A stretch of 64,000 nt of DNA from the human T2T-CHM13v2.0 reference genome, Homo sapiens, in the NCBI RefSeq assembly GCF_009914755.1, contig NC_060928.1. One strand, written 5' to 3'. Below are positions 52,130 through 64,000 of the stretch, in pieces. The translations under genes were made by a program, and so were the position numbers. The number at the start of each line of letters is the position of its first letter. Position 1 is the first letter of the stretch. Under the pieces are notes generated by a model, which had not been told where the DNA came from, did not search any database, and saw nothing but the letters and a program-made list of their open reading frames with translations.

Positions 52130-55100
52130 TGTTCGACATCCACTTATGAGTGAGAACGTGGTGTTTGGTTTTCCATTCCTGTGTTAGTCTGTTGAGGATG
52201 ATGGCTTCCAGCTTCATCTATGTCCCTGCAAAAGATATGGCCTCATTCCTTTTTATGGCTGCATAGTATTCCATGGTGTATATGTACCACATTTTCTTTA
52301 TCCAGTCTATCATTGATGGGTATTTGGGTTGGTTCCATGTCTTTGCTATTGTAAATACATACCATGTGCATGTGTCTTTATAGCAGAATGATTTATATTC
52401 CTTTGAGTATATACCCAGTAATGTGATTGCTGGGTCAAATGGTATTTCTGGTTCTAGATCCTTGAGGAATCACCATACTGTCTTCCACAATGGCTGAACT
52501 AATTTACATTCCCACCAACAGTGTAAAAGTGTTCCTGTTTCACCATAGACTCGTCAGCATCGTTTCCTGACTTTTTAATTACCGCCATTCTCACTGGCAT
52601 GAGATGGTATCGCATTGTGATTTTGATTTGTATTTCTCTGATGATCAGTGATGCTGAGCTTCCATGTTTGTTGACCACGTAAATGTCTTCTTTTGAGAAG
52701 TGTCTGTTCATATCCTTTGCCCACTTTTTGATGGGGTTGTTTTTTTCCTTGTAAATATGTTTAAGTTACTCATAAATTCTGGATATTAGCCCTTTGTCAG
52801 ATAGGTAGATTGCAAAAATTTTCTCCCATTCTGTAGGCTGCCTGTTCCCTCTGATGATAGTTTCTTTGCTGTGCAGAAGCTCTTTAGTTTAATTAGATCC
52901 CAGTTATCAATTTTGGCTTTTGTTGCAATTGCTTTTGGCATTTTTGCATGAAGTCTTTGCCCATGCCTGTGTCCCAAATGATATTGCCTAGGTTTTCTTC
53001 TAGGGATCTTATGGTTTTTGGTTTTAGATTTAAGTCTTTAATCCATCTTGAGTTGATTTTTGTACAAGTGTAAAGAAGGGGTCCAGTTTCAGTTTTCTGC
53101 ATATGGCTAGCCAGCTTTCCCAGCACCGTTTACTGAATAGGAGATCATTTTCCCATTGCTTGTTTTTGTCACGTTTGTTGAAGATCAAATGGTTGTAGAT
53201 GTGTGGTGTTATTTCTGAGATCTCTGTTCTGCTTCATTGTTCTACATGTCTGTTTTGGTACAAGTACCATGCTATTTTGGTTACTGTAGCCTTGTAGTAT
53301 AGTTTGAAGTCAAGTAGTGTGATAACTCCAGCTTTGTTCTTTTTGCTTAGGATTGTCTTAGCTATATGGGGTATTCTTTGATTCCACATGAAATTGAAAA
53401 TATTTTTTTTCCTAATTCTGTGAAGAATGTCAATGGTAGTTTAATGGGAATAGCATTGAATCTATAAATTACTTTGGGCATTATGGCCATTTTCATGATA
53501 TTGATTCTTCCTATCCATGAGGATGGAATGTTTTCCCATTTGTTTGTGTCCTCCCTTAGTTCCTTGAGCAGTGATCTGTAGTTCTCACATCCCTCGTTAG
53601 CTGTACTCCTAGGTATTTTATTCTCTTTGTAGTGATTGTGAATGGGAGTTCATTCATGATTTAGCTCTCGGCTTGCCTATTGTTGGTGTAAAGGAATGCT
53701 TGTGATTTTTGCACAATGATTTTGTATCCTGAAACTTTGCTGAAGTTGCTTATCAGCTCAAGAAGTTTTTGGGCTGAGATGATGGGGTTTTCTAAATATA
53801 AAATCATGTCTGCAAACAGAAATATTGACCTCTTCTCTTCCTATTTGAATACCCTTTAATTCTTTTTCTTGCCTAATTGCCATGGCCAGAACTTCCAATA
53901 CTATGTTGAATAGGGGTGGTGACAGAGGGCATCCTTGTCTTGTGCCCACTTTCAAAGGGAATGCCTCCAGCTTTTGCCCATTCAATATGATATTGGCTGT
54001 GGGTTTGTCATAAATAGCTCTTATTATTTTGAGATATGTTCCATTGATACCTAATTTATTGAGAGTTTTTAACACGAAGGGATGTTGAATTTTATCAAAG
54101 GCCTTTTCTGCATCTATTGAGATAATCATGTGGTTTTTGTCTTTGATTCTGTTTACGTGATGGATGACGTTTATTGATTTGCTTATGTTGAACCAGCCTT
54201 GCATCCCAGGGATGAAGCTGACTTGATTGTGGTGGATAAGTTTTTTGACGTGCTGCTGGATTTAGTTTGCCAGTATTTTAATTGAGAATTTTCACATCAA
54301 TGTTCATCAGGGATATTTGCCTGATGTTTTCTTTTTTTGTTTTGTCTCTTCCCAGTTTTGGTATCAGGATGATGCTGGCTTCATATAATGAGTCAGGGAG
54401 GAGTCTCTCCTGTTCAATTGTTTGGAATAGTTTCAGAAGGAATAGTACTAGCTCCTCTTTGTGTTTCTGGTAGAATTCAGCTGTGAATCCATCTGGTCCT
54501 GGGCTTTTATTTGGTTGGTAGGCTATTAATTACCGCCTCAATTTTAGAGCTTTTTGTCTCTTCAGGGATTCAACTGCTTCCTGGTTTAGTCTTGGTAGGG
54601 TGTATTTGTCCAGAAATTTACCCATTTCTTCTAGATTTTCTAGTTTATTTGTGTAGAGGTGTTTACATTATTCTCTGATGGTGCTTTGTATTTCTGTGCA
54701 GTCAGTGACGATACCCCCTTTATCATTTTTTATTGCATCTATTTTATTCTTCTCCCTCTGCTTTATTAGTCTAGCTAGCAGTCTATCTATTTTGTTAATT
54801 TTTTCAAAAAACTAGCTCCTGGATTTGTTTATTTCTTGGAGGGTTTTTCATGTCTCTATCTCATTCAGTTATGCTCTGATCTTGGTTATTTCTTGTCTTC
54901 TGTAGCTTTTGGATTAGTTTGCTCTTGCCTCTCTAGCTCTTTTAATTGGGATGTTAGCGTGTCAATTTGAGATCTTTCCAGCTTTCTGATGTGGGTGTTT
55001 AGTGCTGTAAATTTCCCTCTTAACACTGCTTTAGCTGTGTCCCAGAGATTTTGGTACATTGCCTCTGTTCTCATTGGTTTGAAAGAACTTATTGATTTAT

Positions 55101-55932
55101 GCCTTAATTTCATTATTTACCCAGGAGTCATTCAAGAGCAGGCTGTCCAATTTCCATGAAATTTTGTGGTTTTGAGTGAGATTCTTAATGCTGGGTTCTA
55201 ATTTAATTGCACTGTGGTCTGAGAGACTGTTTGCTATGATTTCAGTTCTTTTGCGTTTGCTGTGGAGTGTTTTACTCCCAAGTATGTGGTCAATTTTAGA
55301 ATAAGTGCCATGTGGCACTGAGAAGAATGTATATTCTGTTGATTTTGGGTAGATAATTCTGTAGCTGTATACTAGGTCCACTTGATCCAGAGATGAGTTC
55401 AAGTCCTGAATATCTTTGTTAATTTTGTTTCTCTTTGATCTGTCTAATGCTGACAGTGGGGTATTAAAGTCTCCCACTATTATTGTGTGGCAGTCTAAGT
55501 CTCTTTATAGTCTCTAAGAACTTGTTTTATGAATCTGGGTGTTCCTGTATTGGGTGTATATATATTTAGAATAGTTAGGTCTTCTTGTTAAATTGTTCCC
55601 TTTATTGTTATCTAATGCCCTTTTTTGTCTTTCTTGGTTTAAAGTCTGTTTTGTAGGAGACTAGCATTGCAACCCCTGTTTTTTTTTGTTGTTTTTTTGT
55701 TTTTTTTTGTTTGTTTGTTTGTTTTTGTTTTGTTTACCATTTGCTTCATAAATTTTCCTCCATTCATTTATTTTGAGCCTGTGTGTTTCTGCATGTAAGA
55801 TGGGTCTCCTGAATACAGTGCACTGATGGGTCTTGACTCTATCCAATTTGCCAGTCTGTGTGTTCTAATTGGGGCATTTAGCCCATTTACATTAATGGTT
55901 AATATTGTTATGTGTGAATTGGATCCTGACAT
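52130..55932 (-). pseudogene. L1 ORF2p (endonuclease/reverse transcriptase) remnant (disrupted)
   Basis: MSGSNSHIT start; GDFNTPLS, YSKIDH and SDHSAIKLE (EN); [22 protein letters not shown] and [10 protein letters not shown] (RT); multiple frameshifts and stops. Confidence 0.95.
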
Positions 55933-55996
55933 CATGATGCTATTTGGTTATTTTGCACACTAGCTGATGCAGTTTCTTCATAGTGTCATTGGTCTT

Positions 55997-57027
55997 TATA
56001 TGTTGCTGTTTTTGCAGTGACTGGTACTGGTTTTTCCTTTTCATATTTAGTGCTTCTTTCAAAAGCTCAAGCAGAGCAGGCCTGGTGATAATAAAATCCC
56101 TCAGCATTTGCTTGTCTGGAAAGGATTTTATTTATCCTTCACTTATAAAACTTAGTTTGGCTGGATATGAAACGCCGGGTTGAAAATTCTTTTCTTTAAG
56201 AATGTTAAGTATTGGTCCCCAATCTCTTCTGGCTTGTAGATTTTCTGCTGAGAGGTCCTCTGTTAGTCTGATGGGCTTCCCTTTGGAGGTGACTTGGCCT
56301 TTCTCTCTGGCTGCCCTTAAAAGTTTTTCCTTCATTTCAACCTAGAAGAATCTGATGATTATGTGTCTTCGGGTTGATCTTCTCATGTTGTATCTTAATG
56401 GTGTTCTCTGTATTTCCTGAATTTTCATGTTGGTCTGTCTTGCTAGGTTGGGGAAGTTCTCCTGGGTAATATCCTGAAATGCGTTTTCCAGCTTGTTTCC
56501 GTTCTCCCTGTCTCCTTCTGGTACTCCACTCAATCGTAGGTTTTGTCTTTTTACAAAGTCCCAAAATTCTTGGAGGCTTTGTTCCTTCCTTTTCATTCTT
56601 TTTTCCTCTATTCTTAGACAAGAATGCATATCTTATTTCAGTAAGGTAGTCTTCAATCTCTGATATCCTTTCCTCCACTTGATCAATTCATCTGTTCACA
56701 CTTGTGTATGCTTCATGAAGTTTTCATGCTGTGTTTTTCAGCTCCATCAGATCATTTATGTTCCTCTCTAAACCTGTTATTCTAATTAGCAATTCATCTA
56801 ACCTTCTATCAAGGTTCTTAGTTTCTTTGAATTGGGTTAGAACATGCTCCTTTAGTTCAGTGTACTTTTTTATTACCCATCTTCTGAAGCCTACTTCTGT
56901 CATTTCATCCATCTGATCCTCTGTCTAGTTCTGTGTCCTTGATGGAGAGATGTTGTGATCATCTGGAGGAGAGGAGCCATTTTGTCCTTTTGGGTTTTCA
57001 GCATTTTTTTCATTGATTATTTCTCAT
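55997..57027 (-). pseudogene. L1 ORF1p remnant (disrupted)
   Basis: Peptides QENFPNLARQ…IQEIQRTP, MKEKLLRAAREKGQVT.KGKPIRLT and YPAKLSF in different frames; ATG AGA AAT AAT CAA TGA early stop. Confidence 0.9.
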
Positions 57028-58330
57028 CTTTGTGAGTTTGTCTAGTTTTGGTCTTTGAGGCTGCTGACCCTTGGACAGGGTTTTCGTGGAGGCCTTTTTT
57101 TGGTTGGTGTTGTTGATGCTGCTGTTGCCACTTTCTGCTTTTTTGTTCTTCTTTCAACAGTCAGGTCCCTCTTCCGTAGGGCTGCTGCAGTTTGCTCGGG
57201 GCTCACTTCAGGCCCTATTCATCTGATTCACTCCTGTGCCTGGAGAGGTCACTCAAGGAGGCTGGAAAAGAGCAAAGATGGGCTCCTGCTCCTTCTTCTG
57301 GGACCTCTGACCTCGAGGGCCACCAACCTGATGCCAGCAGGATTGTTCCTGTATAGGGTATCTGACAACCCCTGTTGGAAGTCCTCACCCAGCTGAGTGG
57401 CACAAGGAGCAGGACCCACTTAAAAAAGCACTTTGTCCCTTAGTGGAGAGGGTATGCTTTTCTTCGGGGGAAACCCATTTGTCTGGGCTGCCCAGATTCC
57501 TTAGAACTACCAGGAGGAGAGGCTAAGTCTGCTGGTCCACAGAGAATGCAGTCACCCTTCCCCCTAGGTGCTGAGGCCCAGGGAGATTCGAATTCTGTCC
57601 CTGAGCCTCTGGCTGGAGTTATTGGAGATCCTGCAGAGAAGCCTCACCCAATGAGGAAGGATGGATAAGGTTTATGCCTGAAGAGGCACTCTGGCCACAA
57701 CTTGTGTGTTGGGCTGTGGGGACAAGCCTTGGGACCAAGCCATTCAGCCTCCCTGGCTCCAGCAGGGGAAAAGCACAGCCTGGAGCTATGGAAATGGGTG
57801 CCGCCCTTCCCCTGACCAGGGAGCTTAGCATTTTAGGTAGTTGTGAGTCCCAGCGCTGGCTGATGCCCCTCCCCTAAGGAGCTCAAATGGGTTAGACAGC
57901 AGGCAGCCACAGCTGGTGCGGGTCACCCCTCACTCCAGGAGTTCAGTAGGCTTAAGCAGATTCCAGCTGAGAGGCTGCAAGAATCTAACCATTCTAGGGT
58001 TGGGACACTAAGCCCTGGTGGCATGAGTTTGCAAGTGGGATCTTCCAATCCATGGGTTGCACAGTTCCGTGGAAAAAGCACAGTTTCCCCAGCTGGGTAG
58101 CATGCTCACTCACCACCTCCCTTGGCTGGGGAGAGGGGGTTCCCCTTCCCCGTGTGGCTCTGAGGTAAGCTGCTGCACCTCACTGTTCTTCCTTCTCTCC
58201 AAGAGTCACACCAGCCTTTTTGTCAATTTTGATGAGAAAACCTGGATACCTTGGTTGCTGGTGAAGAATTCACATACTTACTATGGTTTTTTTTTTCGAT
58301 GGGAGCCTCCGAACGTTGCTGTTTCTAGTT

Positions 58331-58340
58331 GGCCATCTTG
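58331..58340 (-). promoter_or_regulatory. L1 5'UTR YY1 motif
   Basis: CAAGATGGCC on the minus strand at about L1 +11 to +20, the known position of the L1 YY1 site. Confidence 0.7.
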
Positions 58341-58560
58341 GCCCCGCCCCAGAAGTTTCTTCAACATGAGTCATGTATTATGGAGTTTTCCTAAATTTAT
58401 AATATGGTGAAGTAGAAAGTGTGGTGAACAGGCCTGGGTATCACAAAGTTAGCTCTGGCAACACTGCAACCCACAGAAAATCATCTAATTTATCCTTTCC
58501 TAAGTTTCCTTTACTTCTGATGTAAAATAAGGGAACTTGAGTTAATGATCTCAAAGATGT

Positions 58561-59251
58561 TGATATGGTTAGGCTTTGTGTCCCCACCCAAATCTCATCT
58601 TGAATTGTAATCCCATAATCCCTAGGTGTTGAGGAAGAAACCAGGTAGAGGTGATTGGATCATGGGGACAGCTTCCTTCATGCTGTTTTTGTGATAGTGA
58701 ATGAGTTTTCATGAGATCTAATGGTTTTATTTTATTTTTTGAGACAGAGACTCCCTCTGTCACCCAAGCTGGAGTATACAATCTCGGCTCCTTTCAACCC
58801 CCGCCTCTCAGGTTCAAGCAACTCTCCTGCCTCAGCCTCCCAAGTAGCTGGGATTACAGGCATCCACCACTACACCTGGCTAATTTTTATATTTCTAGTA
58901 GAGACAAGGTTAGACAGGGTTTCACCATATTGGCCAGGCTGGTCTTGAACTCCTGACTTCAAGTGATCTGCCCACCTCAACTTCCCAAAGTGCTGGTATT
59001 ACAGGCATGAGCTACCGCACCCGGCCAAGATCTAATGGTTTTATAATGGGTTCTCCTGCCTTCACTCTACCACTCTTCTCTCTCCTGCTGCCTTGTGAAG
59101 AAGGATGTGTTTACTTCCCCATCTTCCATGATTGTAAGTTTCCTGAGGCTTCTCCAGCCATGCAGAATTGTGAGTCAATTAAACCTCTCTCCTTTATAAA
59201 TTACCCAGTCTCAGGCAGTTCTTTATAACAGTGTGAAAATAAACTAATACA
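58561..59251 (+). mobile_element. THE1D-like solo LTR (TSD GATGT), interrupted by an Alu and inserted in a MIR
   Basis: TGATATGGTTAGGCTTTGTGTCCCCACCCAAATCTC…AAACTAATACA; GATGT at 58556-58560 and 59252-59256. Confidence 0.92.
58730..59026 (-). mobile_element. Alu (AluS) with 16-bp TSD inside THE1D
   Basis: TSD AGATCTAATGGTTTTA at 58714-58729 and 59028-59043. Confidence 0.95.
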
Positions 59252-60143
59252 GATGTCTTCACTCTCTAACTTACCACAAATTTATATTTCTCAGACACAC
59301 TTGGATAATATCTCAATCAGGTCAATACAGTAATCAACAGTGTTCACTGTAATATACAATAATCACTAAAGCACCTTCATATGGTGCCACAAAGCATACC
59401 ATTTTGAGGAAATAGAATTAAAAATGGGACTTTTTATACCAGATGTAACATGACTTGGCAAAGAAACTGCACAATTTTTACAGTAGGACACAATGGTGAA
59501 TAACTTACATTACCAAACACACCATTAAATGGGTAGAATAGCTGTCACTTCTGCTCAGAATTACATATAAAGAGAGAGGGTCACTCACAATCTTACACTC
59601 ATCAAAACTCCTATTATGAACTCTACCACTAGCACATGACTGATATAATTTATAGGCAAATAAATATATACTCAGCAACTCAACTATCTTAATCAGCTCA
59701 TTAAAAACATACAGCTTTATTTGTTTATATTTTTAAACACATCAGTTCTTTACTTCTTGAATAATGTTATAAAAATTTCATACACTTTTTGTGATTTTCC
59801 TCTTATATACAGCCATTAATAAGAGTTGAAGTTTTACTTTAAATGCCCAAACCAAGAGAACATTTGCTTATAAAAATCTGTAAGTTTTGACTATAATCAT
59901 ATAATCTATTTTTGACTATAAACTCATTTAGGGAAAATAAATAATAATTTGATCATTATAAATAACTAAGTAAGGACATAATTCTTCAAGAACCAATATA
60001 GGACAACTTATCTGTCTTTACCAGGTGAAACTAGTCAGTTCTCCCTCTGTGGCTGAGTTTCAGAGCAGGAAAAAATAAATTGGTGCATAATTTTCATAAC
60101 TCTTATGATCAAAAGGAAGCCAAATAGCAAATGTGTTTGTATG

Positions 60144-60477
60144 TTTTATTTTTATTTCTTTCTTTTTCCTTTTTTCCTTTTTTTTTTTTTTTTTTTTTTT
60201 TTGAGACAGGGTTTCACTCTTTCGCCCAGGCTGGAGTGCAGTGGCACAAACATGGCTCACTGCAGCTTCAACCTCCTGGGCTCAAGTGATCCTCCCACTT
60301 CAGCCTCCTGAGTAGCTGGGACCACAGGTGCACGCCACCACACTGGGCAATGGAAAAAAAAACTGGTAGAAATGGGATCGCATCATGTTACCCAGGCTGG
60401 TCTTGAACTCTTGGGTTGAACTCCCACCTCGGCCTCCCAAAGTGCTGAGATTACAGGTGTGAGCCACTGTGCTGGGT
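60144..60477 (-). mobile_element. Alu (AluJ-like)
   Basis: Long T tail; GAGACAGGGTTTCACTC…GGGCTCAAGTGATCCTCCCAC…CCTCCCAAAGTGCTG. Confidence 0.93.
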
Positions 60478-60961
60478 GTATATATTTTTTGTTTGTTTTT
60501 GTTTGAACCTAAAGTCAAAAAGAAAATTTCTCTTGTATTTCTCTGCAGGAGAGACACTGCATATTGTAACATAAAATATTACAAATATCATTTTTAGAGC
60601 AAAGGTAGAAGCACATTTTATATAAATCTAGAAGTATCCTTTGATACAAATTAAGGCATAATGTAAAAATCGGATTCTTGGAGGAACTAGGTGATATGAT
60701 ACAAGTATACTCCAGTGAAGTAATAATAATAACATCAACTAAATTTACTGAGCTCTTACTCTGTGCCAGCTACTCTGTCTCCAGGCTACCTATGTGCAAA
60801 TTCCAACTCAGTCACTTATTAACTGTGTAACCTTGGGCAATTCTGTAGCTCTCTTTGTAAAATGAGGAAGGTATTAATTGCATTAGTACCCACTTCCTAG
60901 AGTTACTGTGAGCTTTTAAAGTATGGGTCTGGTGTGCATGAGTGTGCACGTGTGTGGGCAT

Positions 60962-60985
60962 GAGAGAGAGAGAGAGAGAGAGAGA
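60962..60985 (+). repeat. (GA)12 microsatellite preceded by degenerate (TG)n
   Basis: Direct reading. Confidence 0.9.
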
Positions 60986-61309
60986 AGATTATATTCTTAT
61001 ATAAATGAATCTTGCCTCTTCCTGTTTTCTATTCCATTCATTTATCTACCATAAGGGATTCCACTGTGATGAAAAAAAAAGTATCTTGTTTCCTCAGAAA
61101 GACATTTAGAAATATGTAAACATTTTGCTTTCATCTTTATATTTATGGTAATTCTAAGGATATTATAAACTTGCAGTGGTAATTCTGAAGTATAATATAT
61201 ATTCAGGGTCACAAAACAGGGCGGCAAGGATGATAACTCTATTAGCATTTAAAAAGCATAAAAATACTAATAAGCACAAATTTTCCTACTATAGTAACTG
61301 TAGCCTGAA

Positions 61310-61535
61310 GTTAAGAATAATAGCATAGTGATTGTAATTAATAATAATATATATTTGAAAATTGATGAGAGATTAAAACTCAAATGTTCTTATCAAAAAA
61401 TGATAAGTATGTAACGTATTGGATGTGTTAATTAGCTTTAATTATTTCACAATGTATACACATATCAAAATGTCACATTGCACACCATAAATATATACAC
61501 TTTTTATTTGTCAATTATACCCTAATAAAGCTTGA
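61310..61535 (+). mobile_element. L1MA/L1MB-type 3' end
   Basis: TTTGAAAATTG…ATGTGTTAATTAGC…ATTTCACAATGTATAC…TTTGTCAATTATACCCTAATAAAGCT. Confidence 0.75.
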
Positions 61536-61571
61536 GGACCAGGAGAGGAAAAATAAGAATATACAAAAATG

Positions 61572-61893
61572 GAACCAGCATGATAGTTCACGTCTGTAAT
61601 CCCAGTGCTTTGTGAGACCGAGGCAGAAGAATCATTTAGCCCAGGAGTTCCAGACCAGCCTGGGTGACACAGCAAGATCCCATACCTACTACACGTTAAA
61701 AAGTTAGCCAGGCATGGCATTAAAAAATTAGCCAGGCATGGTGGCACACTTCCTCCTGTAGTCCCAGCCTGTCGGGAGGCTGAAGCAGGAGGATCACTTG
61801 AGCCCAAGAGTTCAAGGCTGCAGTGAACTATAATTGTGCTGCTGCACTCTAGCCTAAGCAATAGAGTAAGATCCTGTCTCAAAAAAAAAAAAA
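61572..61893 (+). mobile_element. Alu (AluJ-like) with 24-bp duplication at the linker
   Basis: GGAGGATCACTTGAGCCCAAGAGTTCAAGGCTGCAGTG (J type); TTAAAAA.TTAGCCAGGCATGG at 61696 and 61720. Confidence 0.92.
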
Positions 61894-62657
61894 GGAAGAA
61901 TATTATTGAAAAATGAGGTCTGCAAGAAATGGCATATCACAGTGGCTAGAAGACACAGTGATTTAAGAAGGAACTCGGATGCTTAGTAAATATTATGAAG
62001 ACAATTCTGAGCCTCCAGATGAAGATAGTGGATGAAATTCCACTATCTTCTAAAACACCCACTAAAATGAGAGCATAAAAGTTTTATAACGGTATGAACA
62101 GAGAATAACACAGAACAGGAGAAGGGGATAAGATTCTGGAAGCAGGAAATTGTGAGGATGTGTGGAATCTGATGTTGTCACCTGAGCTTTGCAGGCAGTA
62201 CAACACCAGGAAGCAATATGATTTGCTTGCCCAACTCCCAAAGGGTCAAAAATTCCCCATGCCACCTGGAAGTGGTAGGGAAAGGGACTAAAAATAAACA
62301 GATTGCTTGAAAGTCCCATGACTAATCAGCAAGGCCCATTCCATATGCTCCTACTCATGACAGCTGGGTAACCCACCACCTCCACCACTCTCAACTGCCA
62401 AAGACTTGTGAGCTATTTTTTTGGAGAGGGTGAAACTGATGGTTTCAGGACTAGAGGAAACCACATGCATTTGAGGGAAGGGTACCATGCTAAACATAAG
62501 GGGGACTCAGAGGAAGTTATTTCCTGAACACTGAGACTGCCCAGGCTGCTCCAACCTCCCATTCACATGAGTCTCAGTTTACAGCAGTGGCAGCCTGACA
62601 GGTAACTTACAGGCTTAAGACTGAAAGATGCTTTGCTCAGAAATGTATCAATCAACC

Positions 62658-63457
62658 TATGTTCGTTTTCTAGAGCTGCTGAAACAAATTATCCACACAC
62701 CTGTGGATTAAAACTGTGTAAATTTATTCTCTCACATTTCTGAAGACTTAAATTCTAACATTAAGGTGCTGTCTGGACCATGTTCCCTCTGAAGCTGCTA
62801 GGGGAGAATCCTTCCTTGCCTCTTCCAGCTTCAGGTAACCCCAGTCCATCCTTTGGCTTGTGGCATCATCACTCCAATTTTTGCTTCTGTCTTCACAGGG
62901 ATCTCTTCCTCTGTGTTTGAGTGTGTGTCTCTTCTAAGAACACGAGTTACTTGAGGTTAAGGGCCCACACCACTCTGGTCTGACCCCATTTTAATTGACC
63001 TAAATTCATCTGATATGGTTTGTCTCTGTGTCTCCACTTGAATCTCATCCCGAATTATAATCCCCACATGTTGAGGGAGGGAAGTGATTGGATCGTGGGG
63101 GTGGTTTCCCCCATGCTGTTCTCATGATAGTGAGCAAGTTTTCACAAAATCTGATAGTTTTATAAGCGTCTGGCATTTCCCCTGCTTGTACTTCTCTCTC
63201 CTAAAGCCCTGTGAAGAAGGTCCTTGCTTCCCTTTCACCTTCTGCCATAATTTAAGTTTCCTGAGGCCTCCTTAGCTATCTGGAACTGTGAGTCAATTAA
63301 CTCCTTCCCTTTATAAATTACCCGGTCTCAGGTAGTATCTTTAGAGCAGTATGAGATCAGACTAATATAACATCTGCAATGACCATATTTCCATTTTGAG
63401 GTACTGGGGATTAGGTTTTCAACATGTATATTTGAGAGTCACTATTCACCCATAACA
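62658..63457 (-). mobile_element. MLT1C-like LTR interrupted by THE1D
   Basis: AAATTTATTCTCTCACA…CTAGGGGAGAATCCTTCCTTGCCTCTTCCAGCTTC…; resumes CATCTGCAATGACC…GAGGTACTGGGGATTAGG…CCCATAACA. Confidence 0.85.
63011..63369 (+). mobile_element. THE1D-like solo LTR
   Basis: TGATATGGTTTG…GTTTCCTGAGGCCTCC…TGTGAGTCAATTAA…ACTAATATA; TSD TCATC/ACATC. Confidence 0.9.
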
Positions 63458-64000
63458 AAGACATTCTCAGATAAAGGAAAACTAAGAAAATTTGTCACCA
63501 GCAGACCTAGACCAAAAGAATGCCAGAGGAAGTTATTTATCTGTTATTTATCAAACAGAAAGGAAATACTAAACAAAGGACTCTTTGGACATCACGAAGA
63601 ATAAAAAGAAAAAAATTATAAATAAAATAGACTTTTTCCTCCTCTTGAATTTTTAATTTTTGTTTTGTATCTAAGCAAAGATTATAACAATGTCTGATAT
63701 TATTCTTAGAATATATACATGAGATATTAAAAATAATTATATGGGGTATATAAATGGTGGGGAGTAAATGGGCTTAAAGAGAGGTAAAGTTTCTATATTT
63801 CACTTCAACTGGTAAAGTGTTGACACCAGTAAACTTTATTAACTAATGCATATATAGTTTAATAGCTAGAGCAACCACTAGAAAACCAACAGGAAAGGAG
63901 ATACAAGAGATACTATTGATAAATCAAAATGAAATTCACAAATGTTCAAGTAACCCAAAGAAAGGCAGAGAAAAAATGAAGAAATGAAAAGGAGAGAAAA
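63458..64000 (+). mobile_element. Old L1M ORF1-end/inter-ORF fragment
   Basis: AAGACATTCTCAGATAAAGGAAAACTAAGAAAATTTGTCACCAGCAGACCT resembles the L1 ORF1 C-terminal coding region. Confidence 0.7.

Larger units (their letters stand above)
51935..58350 (-). mobile_element. Full-length (~6.4 kb) inactive LINE-1, L1PA8-like
   Basis: 5' end GGGGCGGGGCCAAGATGGCCAACTAGAAACAGC; ~1.3-kb 5'UTR; ORF1 ATG ~57027; ORF2 ATG ~55932; 3' end …TTTTTTTAGAAGAAATAAA as recalled for L1PA8; degenerate TSD CAGAAG(G)TT(G)TCTT at ~51923-51936 and ~58350-58361. Confidence 0.95.

Noticed and set aside
53758-54204. 148-aa reverse-transcriptase-like ORF
   Set aside because: Fragment of the disrupted L1 ORF2; not an independent gene or a novel RT system.

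Overview
AT-rich primate (human-like) genomic DNA with the character of a large intron or intergenic region. I could not recognise any protein-coding exon or assign a locus or host gene. The longer ORFs in the track come from Alu, L1, LTR or simple-repeat sequence. Much of the window is interspersed repeat: a full-length dead L1PA8-type element (~51935-58350, minus), about 14 Alu/FLAM copies or fragments, MaLR LTRs (three THE1D-like, one MSTD-like, several MLT1), DNA transposon relics (MER63, MER33, MER44/Tigger7), and old L1M, L2 and MIR fragments. The most unusual structure is a 36-nt 5S rRNA fragment fused in opposite orientation to a short L1 3' end (504-627), which fits twin priming on two different RNAs. 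Other candidates are a strong CTCF-like motif (50510-50528), a CpG-enriched TEAD/RUNX motif cluster (~44670-45290) and several possible mostly non-coding exons on the minus strand. I see no evidence for a novel multi-gene system. Repeat subfamily calls come from recalled consensus sequences and need RepeatMasker/Dfam confirmation.
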